Positions 30,014 through 39,187 of a stretch of 44,716 nt of DNA are shown here, in pieces. Below the pieces are notes generated by a model, which made no database searches, had not been told where the DNA came from, and saw nothing but the letters and a program-made list of their open reading frames with translations. The stretch's first letter is position 1, and every line of letters starts with the position of its first letter. The translations under genes and the position numbers were made by a program. Source of the DNA: a virus. The DNA is taken from the IMG/VR virus record IMGVR_UViG_3300047329_000027, positions 1 through 44,716 of that record; one strand, 5' to 3'.

Positions 30014-31780
30014 TCAGCGCTTCAAGACCCGCACAATGATAGTGTGCGCGGGGATTGTCACGCCCGAGGTGGTGTAGTTGCCGTACGTGACTTCGACATA
30101 GCCGTTCGTGTTGATGAACCCCTGAACGGTGACGCCCGGCATGCCCACGGCGCCGCCCGCTGGAGCCGCCGTCGTATAGCCGGCAAATGCGTCAACGCCG
30201 GCCACAGCGCCCGGGCAGCCGACAGCAAACGATAGCGCGCCGTTTGCTGAAATCGTCTGGCCTGTTACCGAATTTCCGCCTTCGATCTGATCAAGACGAA
30301 GCCCGAACCGGCGAATTCCTAGGTTGTCATAGACCCCGTTCGCGACCGATGCGGCGTCAATGGTCGCGCCGTCCGCATCTACATTCGGCAAATCTCCCGC
30401 AGCAATAATGGCAAGTGCGCCGCTAGAGCCGGGGAAGCTCGTATCCATGCAGACCAATTTCTTGATTTTCCACTTGCCTATGCCGCTGCCGAAGTCGAGG
30501 GAATAGTTTGTTCCGCCGGAAATGAATATGCCAATCGCCCCCTTCGACGATGGGCCAAAATACGCCACATAGTTCGTGCAAATTCCTGCGACGAGATCAA
30601 TATCAAACAGCGCATTTGTGGCGGTATGTTCTGCCACGATTGCTAAGCCCACGGCGCCGGTGTAGAACTCACCCGTCAGAGACATGGCTGACGAGTTGTT
30701 TGAGAACAGGCCATACGTGGAATAATTGTTTGCGACGTCCGCGACAGAGCCGCTACCTGCCGCGCCCCAACTGCAATCCGCGCCGCAGTTTTTCAGGCGC
30801 GCCGAAGTCTGTGGGCCCGAGGCATAAAGCTCCACAGAGGTCTGCCAGTTGTAGGTAAAGCAGTCCGACAGAAGCGCCCCATCGACGTGACCCTCAATGA
30901 GTATTCCGATACCCGAGCGATAGGTCACGTCGCGGGCATTGGCCGTGAGCGGGAGCGCTGTACCCGACGAGTTGATGCGCGCGTCAGGATCGGACGGGTT
31001 TGCGCCGATATGGCCGGTGATGTACTGCCAACCATGGTGAAAATTGAACTCCGAAGTATCGTCCACGCCGGTAATCACCGGGCCGTTTGTGCAGTCGTAA
31101 AGGATGCCGTCCACTTTGACACACGCAAGCAGCTGACCCGTTCCGAAGCGATAAGTCGGGGCCACTTGGTAGGCATAGGCGAACCCTATGATCAGACAGT
31201 CCTTTAGCCGCGCCTCGTTGTCGGTCAGGAAAAACGCCGAACACGAATAGGTGTTGAACGCCCGGATTTGCGCGAGGATATTCGCGATTGTCATGGACAA
31301 TTGCTGCGTTTGGCCGGACGTGTAAGAGCATGTCTGGGCGACGGGATAGGTGATGTCGCTGTTCAGTACCGTGACGCCCTCCCACTTAGCGCCCATGCCG
31401 ATATTGATGCCGCATCCTCCATTTCCGATGGCCGTGCCGGAAATGCCGATCGATGTGCCGTGCGCCTTGTAATTCAGATCAAAGTCGTTCTCGCCAGGGC
31501 TGGCAAGTGCGCCGACCACGCGCACAAAAGGCGGCGTGACGAACGGAGGCGTAAGGGTGAAATAGCCAGGCGGGATATAGACCACACCGCCATAGGTGAG
31601 CGACGCGCAAGCGTTCGTCAGCGCAGTCGTGATATTCATCCCCGCCGAATATGTGCCGTTGTAAAAGTCCAGCACGTTGACGGTATCGTTTAGCTTGGCG
31701 AGTGCGCCGCGCGCATAGGCTCCCGTCCCCGTTGCGAGGTAGTTCATATTTGAAAAATCGGCGTTGCCAACGAGACCCAT
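30014..31780 (-). CDS. Tailspike with pectate-lyase-like beta-helix (candidate polysaccharide depolymerase)
   Basis: 588 aa. The N-terminus VNVLDFYNGTYSAG...TALTNACASLTYGGVVYIPPGYF follows the usual V-x-V-x-D-F-G...G-G-x-V-Y-x-P-x-G entry of beta-helix tailspikes. The protein is Gly/Asn/Thr-rich throughout. Confidence 0.6.
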   Translation of the reverse strand: MGLVGNADFSNMNYLATGTGAYARGALAKLNDTVNVLDFYNGTYSAGMNITTALTNACASLTYGGVVYIPPGYFTLTPPFVTPPFVRVVGALASPGENDFDLNYKAHGTSIGISGTAIGNGGCGINIGMGAKWEGVTVLNSDITYPVAQTCSYTSGQTQQLSMTIANILAQIRAFNTYSCSAFFLTDNEARLKDCLIIGFAYAYQVAPTYRFGTGQLLACVKVDGILYDCTNGPVITGVDDTSEFNFHHGWQYITGHIGANPSDPDARINSSGTALPLTANARDVTYRSGIGILIEGHVDGALLSDCFTYNWQTSVELYASGPQTSARLKNCGADCSWGAAGSGSVADVANNYSTYGLFSNNSSAMSLTGEFYTGAVGLAIVAEHTATNALFDIDLVAGICTNYVAYFGPSSKGAIGIFISGGTNYSLDFGSGIGKWKIKKLVCMDTSFPGSSGALAIIAAGDLPNVDADGATIDAASVANGVYDNLGIRRFGLRLDQIEGGNSVTGQTISANGALSFAVGCPGAVAGVDAFAGYTTAAPAGGAVGMPGVTVQGFINTNGYVEVTYGNYTTSGVTIPAHTIIVRVLKR

Positions 31781-32223
31781 TACGGCGTCACCCCCTGATA
31801 GATATTCCCGAGCGCGCGAAGGTTGCCAGCCGTGTCAACGGACATGACGACGGTTGATCCTGAGACGAGATAGGCCTTGCCGGCGTTTGCGTACCATCCC
31901 CAGACTACAGAGGACGCCCGGTCGGTCCAGCTTACGATATTTGTCGCGCCTGACGTCAGGACTTCCGTGAACGGGACACCAGACAGGGCCGCCGCAAGCG
32001 CGTCAAGTTGAGGTGTTGAGACGCCCGCGAAATTGACGTTGGCCAGAAGATTGTCAGCAACGCCGTTCGCAATTGCGACGGCTGCAACCGCAATCGCCTG
32101 TGAACTACCCGAGGGGTAATTCGCCCCGTTAACCGCTGGCGCCAGAAACGTGAAATTCGCATCCAGCCATGCGGCCGGAATTGTCTCGCCTCCGTAATTT
32201 GCGAATGTGTAGGGAAGCGCCAT
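31780..32223 (-). CDS. Tail fibre-associated protein (adaptor or short fibre)
   Basis: 147 aa. The N-terminus YTFANYGGETIPAAWLDANFTFL resembles tail-fibre N-termini. It shares start/stop overlaps with the flanking fibre genes. Confidence 0.45.
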   Translation of the reverse strand: MALPYTFANYGGETIPAAWLDANFTFLAPAVNGANYPSGSSQAIAVAAVAIANGVADNLLANVNFAGVSTPQLDALAAALSGVPFTEVLTSGATNIVSWTDRASSVVWGWYANAGKAYLVSGSTVVMSVDTAGNLRALGNIYQGVTP

Positions 32224-32916
32224 CTAGTGGCCCCACGCCTGCCACAGAAGCGGAACGGTTTGATTGAACAGCAGCCGCTCGGCGGTGTTGACAAGTTGGC
32301 CGGTGTTCGTGTCCGCCGCCGCCGTAAATCCCGATGCGCTGAGACCGCTGTATCCCAGGATTGGCCGGCCACCGTTTGTGGAGTTGACAGTACCGCCGGC
32401 CGTGAGTGCGACAAAGTCGCAGGCGTTGGGAAATGCCGGCGAGAATGTAATTGCAACAGTGGACGTCACGGCGCCTGACGCCGGCAGCGTCGCCGTGCCG
32501 ATTTTCGCGATCGAACCCAGCGCCTGAACCGGAAACCGCGACCAGCCTGCGCCGCCCGTATCCGGGTCGGTCATATTGTTGTCGGCGGTAGAAATCCATT
32601 CGTGCGTGCTGTCGCCGCTGAGAAGGCGAGCGCCCGCCGGATATCCGCCTATCGCAGTCTGGAATGTCGCATCGTAAGTGATTGGGCCGCCTGCTGCAAG
32701 CCATTGCGACCACGCCGTTTCCTCGTAGAGAATACCGTTAAAATCTGCCCCCTTAGGCGCACCGCCTGGCAAAAACGTCGAGGGCGGAAAACCGAGCGTG
32801 TACGAAGCCGCGTTGGGCGTTGACGTCGTGACCGGAATGGGATTGGTGATGTACGCCCCGCCAGCGGACGAAGCGAACGGGACGGCGACCTTGGCGGGGA
32901 TGTTTGAGGCTTGCAC
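32224..32916 (-). CDS. Tail fibre protein
   Basis: 230 aa. LGFPPSTFLPGGAPKGADFNGILYEETAW is the conserved motif of P2/Mu-type tail-fibre N-domains. Confidence 0.7.
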   Translation of the reverse strand: MQASNIPAKVAVPFASSAGGAYITNPIPVTTSTPNAASYTLGFPPSTFLPGGAPKGADFNGILYEETAWSQWLAAGGPITYDATFQTAIGGYPAGARLLSGDSTHEWISTADNNMTDPDTGGAGWSRFPVQALGSIAKIGTATLPASGAVTSTVAITFSPAFPNACDFVALTAGGTVNSTNGGRPILGYSGLSASGFTAAADTNTGQLVNTAERLLFNQTVPLLWQAWGH

Positions 32917-33485
32917 TATAATTGGACCACTAGGGCCGAAACACCCGTTGGTTTGGGCAGCGCGCCGCTCTGAGACAAGATCGCCACCTCCGTATTGGTC
33001 AGGGCAAAATCGAACGTGTATGTCATTGTCATATCCAGCCCATCGGTAACGTAACAGTTTCCGCGACCAGGAAAAAGATTGAGCAGAATTTGATTTATCG
33101 CCGGGATGGCGCCGTCGCAGATATTTGCGAGCGCCTTCGCGAAGATCAGCGTCTGATATTGCGCGTCAGGCAGATTGTACGCCTGCGTCAGCACGGCCGA
33201 TCCACCCCAAAACGGGCCCTGACCGAACCCGACCGAATAGGGCAGCGCCTCAAAAAACCCGAAGAACGGCGTCGTCAGGGGGATAAGCACGACGCGGCCT
33301 ACGCCGACAATCCGCCCCCAGACGTCAAGGCCATACCCCGTCGCCGAAGTGATGTTCATGATTGAATTGTAAAACGCGGAGATGTTGACCGATGGGTCAA
33401 TGTAGGCGTTGAGGTTTTCGATCAGCGCGACAAGATTGCGGCTGTTCGCGTACTGGCTGATTATGGTCTGATCGACGTTTTGCAC
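32916..33485 (-). CDS. Baseplate wedge protein (DUF2612-like)
   Basis: I chose GTG at 33485, just after the baseplate-J stop. VQNVDQTIISQYANSRNLVALIENL fits the DUF2612 N-terminus as recalled. The longer ORF would overlap by 120 nt. Confidence 0.55.
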   Translation of the reverse strand: MQNVDQTIISQYANSRNLVALIENLNAYIDPSVNISAFYNSIMNITSATGYGLDVWGRIVGVGRVVLIPLTTPFFGFFEALPYSVGFGQGPFWGGSAVLTQAYNLPDAQYQTLIFAKALANICDGAIPAINQILLNLFPGRGNCYVTDGLDMTMTYTFDFALTNTEVAILSQSGALPKPTGVSALVVQL

Positions 33486-33487
33486 GA

Positions 33488-34693
33488 TCAGGCCCCCGTC
33501 GTGACCGTGATATCGCCCGCCGAGACGGTCGGAACCTGATTTATATTCAGGGTTAAGTCGTTCAGCGTCGCCGATGACGTACCGATCAGGATGGATACGA
33601 TTTGCGCCCACGTTCCGAGCGCCGCCACGGTCGAATAGAATCGGCTCGCGAAAATCTCTGAGCCGATGCGCGCTCTTGGGCCGCCGTCTCCGCCCGCAAA
33701 CGCCGAGATGATCGCGTTTTGAATGAGCGCCACATAGTTGGACGGAACCGCCGCGCTGTTTTTGATGACGACCGCGAACATGATATCAACCGCCGTGGGG
33801 ATCTCAAACGTGACCTGATATGTCGGCGCGGGCGTGTTGTAGCCGGAATTATTGTCTGTCACGGTGACGGTCGTGTTGCCGTTGTAAGCGCACCCCGGCG
33901 CCTTTTTCTGCCAAATGGCCGTTGCGATGGCTAAGCTATTTCCACCGACAACGGCGACATAAAGGCTGTTCGGCGCCAGAGACACCCCGCCGATGGTCTG
34001 CGTTACGGCCGACGTGTTCTCTGTCACATAGGCGTCCAGCACGTTCGGGACGGCCAGAACGGAGCCGAGGATGGACGGCAGCGAGCCGATGCTGTTCAGC
34101 GCAACGGATTGCTCACGCCGGTATTCGAACGCCGCCCGGCTCTCGACGTTGTTTCCGAGCACGCCGTCTGCTGCGTTGGTGATCGTATCCCAGCCCGGAA
34201 TGGTCTGGTAAATCGTTGTCAGTGTCCCGGCCGGGCAAGCGATAGGCCCGGTGACTTGGCATGCGAACGGCAGAACCACCGATCCGCCAGTGATTGTTCC
34301 CGGGGTGGTGCAAGTATAGAGATTGCCGTCTGTCGCTTGGGCGAGCGCGCCGGCAGGAATGACCACGCCGTTACCGCCCGAACATAACGCCTGAACAACG
34401 GTTGGCTGAGCGGGGTTGCGCTCAAGGAAATAAATCCGGGCGATGGCGTCCTGATAGATGCCTTCCGAGTAATTCGGATCAAACATCTGTGATAGGAACA
34501 GGAACTGATTGTTTTTGTCCGAGATGACCGCCGTTTGCGATACGGCAATCTGGCCCTGCGGCGTCGTCTGGTCGAAATTCAGGCCACCGCCGAATGCAGT
34601 ATCAATGTCCGCCTCGACGCCCGCTAGAATGTCGGCTTGCGCCGGGAGTATAAACCCGTTCGGCCCAAATGTCGGCTCGGGAACGCTCGTCAT
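33488..34693 (-). CDS. Baseplate J-like protein
   Basis: 401 aa. The size, position and N-terminus (ILPAQADILAGVEADIDTAFGG) fit the Baseplate_J family. Confidence 0.7.
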   Translation of the reverse strand: MTSVPEPTFGPNGFILPAQADILAGVEADIDTAFGGGLNFDQTTPQGQIAVSQTAVISDKNNQFLFLSQMFDPNYSEGIYQDAIARIYFLERNPAQPTVVQALCSGGNGVVIPAGALAQATDGNLYTCTTPGTITGGSVVLPFACQVTGPIACPAGTLTTIYQTIPGWDTITNAADGVLGNNVESRAAFEYRREQSVALNSIGSLPSILGSVLAVPNVLDAYVTENTSAVTQTIGGVSLAPNSLYVAVVGGNSLAIATAIWQKKAPGCAYNGNTTVTVTDNNSGYNTPAPTYQVTFEIPTAVDIMFAVVIKNSAAVPSNYVALIQNAIISAFAGGDGGPRARIGSEIFASRFYSTVAALGTWAQIVSILIGTSSATLNDLTLNINQVPTVSAGDITVTTGA

Positions 34694-35043
34694 CAGAATG
34701 ACGTCGCTAATGTGACGCCGCTTGACGTCGTGAACTGGATTTGACCGCTGAGTTTACGGTCGGTGATGGCCGTGAAGTAGCACTCCGCCGAGACCACTTC
34801 GGGGACCTGCAGAGCCGCTGCGATGAATTGAGCGCGCATGAACTCCACCGGCGGAAACTGGCCCAGGATTTCCCCGAAGTACGGGATACCCTGCGTGGTG
34901 TCATACCACAATTCGCCCGCAAATAGCTTGACGCGGGAGGCGACGTCCTGAGCGACGGAATAGGGGTCCGACGCCACGGCGATATTGCCGGTTGCATCAA
35001 GGCAAAGGTCCCATGCGTCCTGCGTGAGAAGGAGCGTTTTCAC
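34693..35043 (-). CDS. Baseplate protein (gp25/W-like)
   Basis: 116 aa from GTG at 35043 (GTGA overlap). The call rests on DPYSVAQDVASRVKLFAGELWYDTTQGIPYF. The upstream part of the ORF is a shadow. Confidence 0.55.
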   Translation of the reverse strand: MKTLLLTQDAWDLCLDATGNIAVASDPYSVAQDVASRVKLFAGELWYDTTQGIPYFGEILGQFPPVEFMRAQFIAAALQVPEVVSAECYFTAITDRKLSGQIQFTTSSGVTLATSF

Positions 35044-35672
35044 GTTGCACGCACCTTGGTTGATGACGCGACAACTGCGCCGCTCACGACAGGATCGCCG
35101 TCCAAAACCACCTTCTTTCCTCCCGCCGCGCCTAATTGCACCGCAGTAGAATTGACTATTACGGACGGCGCTGCAACCGTGACGCCCGACGTGCTGGTGA
35201 TGTTGATTCCCCCCGGCGATACCTGAACAAACGACGTAGGCGTCACCCCAAGCAGCGCGCCGACATAAACCCCGTCGCTCCAATCGTACATCCGCCTTGA
35301 GCCCGGCAGAGACGGCGCGAGCGTTTTCTTGACGACGGAAATATCCCGCATCGCAAAAACGGCCATGCCGATGTCGCCGACAACCGGATCAACCACGACC
35401 GCGCATGGGCCGCCCTGCATCCGGTAGCAGGGCAAGCCGCCTATGATGCCGTGAAGCCAAGGGGCGCCATTACCGTCCACTTGATGCACTAGCGGCTGTA
35501 CGCTGACGACGGCAGGCGTTGATATCCCCCCGCCCGTCACGCTCTTGACCTGCACGAGCGCCATAGTCGCCTGCTGGCTGATCAGTGACAGGATGAGCGA
35601 GACCATCGCGTTGTAATCGTTCGCATAGGCTCCAATGCCATCCCAGCCCGGATATGTCTGGCGCTCGGTCAC
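35040..35672 (-). CDS. Baseplate central spike / assembly protein V-like
   Basis: 210 aa with an OB-like N-domain followed by a Gly/Val-rich beta-stranded tail (VTVAAPSVIVNSTAVQLGAAGGKKVVLDGDPV). Confidence 0.6.
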   Translation of the reverse strand: MTERQTYPGWDGIGAYANDYNAMVSLILSLISQQATMALVQVKSVTGGGISTPAVVSVQPLVHQVDGNGAPWLHGIIGGLPCYRMQGGPCAVVVDPVVGDIGMAVFAMRDISVVKKTLAPSLPGSRRMYDWSDGVYVGALLGVTPTSFVQVSPGGINITSTSGVTVAAPSVIVNSTAVQLGAAGGKKVVLDGDPVVSGAVVASSTKVRAT

Positions 35673-36547
35673 TGGTTGCCCCCCGCCTTGGTCGCGGTCA
35701 CGTCAATGAACCACGGCGCGTTAGGGCGTTCGGTCGCCAGATTATACACGATGCTGGTCGGATACCATGTGCCGCTGACAGGCGTTTCCGACGTCTGCAA
35801 ATTGATCGGCGCGTTGATTTGAAGTCCAGGCATGAACAGCGTCGTGAAGGCTATGCCGTTGTCGGAATATCGGGGATAGCCGACGAGGCCGCTTGATGAT
35901 GAGATCAGCGGCGCTTGCAGATTATACGCTTGGCCTTTGGGCGATATGATAATGACCGAACCATTTGGAGGCCCGTTCGGCTCAACATTGATGTTGGCGA
36001 TCCGGGCCATATTGTTCATCATGTCCACGGCGGTTCCGGTTAGATATTGATAATCCACCGTTCCCGTAACGCCGTTGTTCACAAATCCCTTTCCCATAAG
36101 GGCTGCGATTTGCGACATAATCACGCTGATTTGAGTGCCCGCATTGAACGAAATCGGATTGACAGGCCGCTTTAAAAAATAGCTGTCCGCCATGCAGTTC
36201 AAACTGACGAACGCATCCGGCGCCGAAGCGAAATCCCCGAGCGCGGTGATAATGTCGCCTTGATAGATCTGAGACATGCCCGAGACGTCATCGCCCGCCG
36301 TAAGCGTGAGCGTATTCCGCACGGTCTGGTCTGGCGTAAGGATGCCCAGCCGCGTGATCTGGTTAATCAGCTTTTGCGTCATCCCGTAGACTTGCACTTG
36401 CGCTGTGTCGGCGTTCGGCAAGCCGGCCTTCTGGATGCTCGCGACAACCTCAAGCCCGCTGAGCGTCACCGTGTCGCCCGTACCTGCGCCGAAGTCACCC
36501 GTTCCGAGGGTGATCTGCACGTCAATCTTGCGGCGGACGAGAGCCAT
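35669..36547 (-). CDS. Baseplate hub protein
   Basis: 292-aa ORF between the tape-measure-proximal genes and the spike. The call is by position. Confidence 0.45.
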   Translation of the reverse strand: MALVRRKIDVQITLGTGDFGAGTGDTVTLSGLEVVASIQKAGLPNADTAQVQVYGMTQKLINQITRLGILTPDQTVRNTLTLTAGDDVSGMSQIYQGDIITALGDFASAPDAFVSLNCMADSYFLKRPVNPISFNAGTQISVIMSQIAALMGKGFVNNGVTGTVDYQYLTGTAVDMMNNMARIANINVEPNGPPNGSVIIISPKGQAYNLQAPLISSSSGLVGYPRYSDNGIAFTTLFMPGLQINAPINLQTSETPVSGTWYPTSIVYNLATERPNAPWFIDVTATKAGGNQ

Positions 36548-36969
36548 CAGAGGCCCCCGACGAACACGATCAGTTCGCCACTAGATCCGGCGAACGAGAC
36601 AATCCCGCCATTGGACCCGACGAATTCGATGATGCCGCGGGTGTTGGCCAGCCCTGGATAGGTGAAATCAATCGTATCCCCAACTTCCAGATAGGCCAGC
36701 ACCCAGCGCAAGCCCATGCCGGTATAGTCGGGATCGTCGCGCCCTTGCGTGTCCAGCCATGCAAAATCGCCCGTGAACCCGAGATACGCCGAGCGCACGA
36801 TGGGGTTAGCATTGTGGCAGATGACGCCCGTAACAATGGCCGCATCGTTGACCAGAACGTCCATGAACACGCCGTAGGGGTTCTGATAGATATTCAGTCG
36901 CACCGGCTGGCTCGCGAGTGATACCGTGAGCGTCTGGTTAGGATGAGCGAGGGTCGGAACGATCAGCAT
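36547..36969 (-). CDS. Tail/baseplate protein, hypothetical
   Basis: 140-aa ORF with ATGA overlaps on both sides. Confidence 0.5.
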   Translation of the reverse strand: MLIVPTLAHPNQTLTVSLASQPVRLNIYQNPYGVFMDVLVNDAAIVTGVICHNANPIVRSAYLGFTGDFAWLDTQGRDDPDYTGMGLRWVLAYLEVGDTIDFTYPGLANTRGIIEFVGSNGGIVSFAGSSGELIVFVGGL

Positions 36970-37586
36970 CAGGAGCCTTGCCCCGTCGTCGCGGCCGCCT
37001 GCGTCGGCGTTGGCGTCGAAGCCTGTACCGCACCGCCGTCAACCCTGGATGCGTCGGTTGGCGATTTGACCGTGCTGAACGCCTGCGTGGCTGATACGCG
37101 CACCTCCTCAAATAGCAGTTCCACCGTGATGAGCTGTGCCCCACGATCCGCCGCGCGCCGGTAATTCTCGCGCACGAGATTGGCGTTAGCGTAGCTGACC
37201 GTTGGCGTAACGATGCTATAGAGCGTCAAAGCTCCAAGGGCCGTGTCCACGGTCGCCAGAAACGCGCCTCGATCCGCATCCGTGCCGCCTTGGGTGAGGA
37301 CGATGTGCGCCGAATACGGGCGCTCAATCTTGTTGTAGCTCTCAAACCCGCCGCCCTCGACGGGGTAGGTGGCGATGGAATATTCCTTATCGTACTCGAC
37401 CGCGACCACGCTATCGGCGACGATGGCCACCGATCCATCCGCATTGAACACGCCCCATTTCTGGACGGGCGCCGTAGCCGCCACGGACGGCGCGTCAGCG
37501 GTCAGGGGCGGCGGCGTGGTGAAATCCCCGCCCGGGCCCGACCTGAGCAGCGGAGGCACGCCAGGGAGCGGCGGGACGTCAGGCAT
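36969..37586 (-). CDS. Tail/baseplate protein, hypothetical (Pro-rich N-terminus)
   Basis: 205-aa ORF immediately after the tape measure (TAATG overlap). Confidence 0.5.
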   Translation of the reverse strand: MPDVPPLPGVPPLLRSGPGGDFTTPPPLTADAPSVAATAPVQKWGVFNADGSVAIVADSVVAVEYDKEYSIATYPVEGGGFESYNKIERPYSAHIVLTQGGTDADRGAFLATVDTALGALTLYSIVTPTVSYANANLVRENYRRAADRGAQLITVELLFEEVRVSATQAFSTVKSPTDASRVDGGAVQASTPTPTQAAATTGQGS

Positions 37587-39187
37587 TACCTCATCCCGCT
37601 ATTGGATTGGATGGTGATTGGCTGTGAGCCGATGGCGGCGGGGAGGGCGGCGGCGAACCCCTTGGCGTCTTTTACGCCGGGAAGGTTGACGGTCATGTTC
37701 TGAACGTTGACGGCCGCCGCCTTGGCGAGTGCCGCGCTCCCGCGTGCGATATCGCCGCCCAGTCCAATGCCAGGGCGCATGTTGTGCGTCAGGTAGGCAA
37801 TCATGGCGGAGCGGGAGTTTTTCCCATGAATGCGAGCGCCGGCCGCCGCTTCGGTGTGGCGAAGCTCCCAGTCAATGAAGTCGATTTCGTTCTCAAGCGT
37901 CGGGTTCGGCCCGTACCGCTTAAACAGTTCCTTTTGGCGAGCGCCAAGATGTTGGCCGATACCGTAGGCGCCGGATGTCGGATTGCGCCGTGACGGGTCC
38001 AGAGTATTATTTTCGGCCATCATGCCCGCAAGCATCCCGCTTGCTTCAGCATCGGTCCAGCCGAGCGAGATAAGCCGCGCCTTTATAGTGGACGCCCGGC
38101 TTCCACCGGCCGCCCGAGATTCGGCCATGACCCGCTTCTCGTAGCCGCCGTCACCGGGTCCGGGGTTGAGCGCCACACCAAGAAACGCCGCTATTCCAGC
38201 CAAGACGGGATTGGCGAGCACCGCACCGCCAACAACTCCGAGCAATCCCCGCCCGCCAGCACCCGCGCCAGCCGCCACAACCGCCCGTCCGCCGCCTCCG
38301 AGCAAGCCGCCGATTGTACGAATACCCCCGAGCGCGAACAGGGCCACAGACGCGGCTATTGCGGCCTGAGTGAGCGCCGGGAACGCGCGAGCCAAATCCG
38401 CCGTGCCGTGGAACAAGGCGGTCAGGGCCGGCGCAACATCGGTGATCAGTTCGTTCGCTTGGCCTTGAAGGGTTTGACGCAAAGTCAGGAAACTGTCTTG
38501 AAGGCGTTGGGCGGCGTCGATTGATTTCTGATTTGTGTCGATCAGCTTGCGGCTTTTGTCCATTTCCGCGCTCATCGTCTTGCCGCCGCGCAAGGCGAGA
38601 TCAACGGCGGCTGGGTCAAGCCCGAGCATGTTGCGGCCCACATAGGAGGCATACTGTTTGTCAGACTGGTTTCCGGCCCAATTCGCGAACTTCTGAACAA
38701 TCTGGACGGCAGTCATGTTCGGGCCGCCGCCAATCAGGCTAAGCCCTTGGGCGAGGTTTCGGTCGGGCGGCGCAAACCCCGTTTTCCAGCCCTCCAATCG
38801 GTCGGCGAGAGTACTCAGCGACGCTCCAGCCGCATTCGGATCGCCGCCGTTTCGCTGCACCATGTTCTGATAAGCGGAGAAGTCCCTAACGTCGATACCG
38901 GCCGCGCGTGCAGCCCGGCCAATGGCGGCGTACCCCTGCACGGTTTTGGCGACGTACTGCTCGATCCCCGCCGCCCCGACGATGGTCGCGAACAGGCCGA
39001 TGGCTTCCTTCTGAACCTGCTTGAAGCTCTCCGCCTGCTTCTTGTTCGCCTCGGAGACCTTCTTCGCGGACGTCTCGGCAACGTCGCGGTTTTTGGCGTC
39101 CTCCTCGCGATACTTGCGCGAGCCGTCAACGAATTTGGCGGGATCGAGGCCGAGTGTTACGACTAGGGCGTCAATAACAGTCGCCAT
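37586..39187 (-). CDS. Tape measure protein with a C-terminal tail-lysozyme-like domain
   Basis: From ATG at 39187. It has a helical N-terminal half and Gly/Ala-rich TM-like segments. The C-terminus ASGMLAGMMAENNTLDPSRRNPTSGAYGIGQHLGARQKEL resembles the phage tail lysozyme domain. Confidence 0.7.
   Translation of the reverse strand: MATVIDALVVTLGLDPAKFVDGSRKYREEDAKNRDVAETSAKKVSEANKKQAESFKQVQKEAIGLFATIVGAAGIEQYVAKTVQGYAAIGRAARAAGIDVRDFSAYQNMVQRNGGDPNAAGASLSTLADRLEGWKTGFAPPDRNLAQGLSLIGGGPNMTAVQIVQKFANWAGNQSDKQYASYVGRNMLGLDPAAVDLALRGGKTMSAEMDKSRKLIDTNQKSIDAAQRLQDSFLTLRQTLQGQANELITDVAPALTALFHGTADLARAFPALTQAAIAASVALFALGGIRTIGGLLGGGGRAVVAAGAGAGGRGLLGVVGGAVLANPVLAGIAAFLGVALNPGPGDGGYEKRVMAESRAAGGSRASTIKARLISLGWTDAEASGMLAGMMAENNTLDPSRRNPTSGAYGIGQHLGARQKELFKRYGPNPTLENEIDFIDWELRHTEAAAGARIHGKNSRSAMIAYLTHNMRPGIGLGGDIARGSAALAKAAAVNVQNMTVNLPGVKDAKGFAAALPAAIGSQPITIQSNSGMR

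Noticed and set aside
34693-35283. The N-terminal extensions of several track ORFs (34693..35283, 42670..43704, 3458..4174, 12679..13497, 14050..15363, 16487..17674, 27400..27942, 32916..33611).
   Set aside because: Each extension overlaps the preceding gene by 100-500 nt and is Arg-rich. An internal ATG or GTG that abuts or overlaps the upstream stop gives a compact, coupled gene and a sensible N-terminus.
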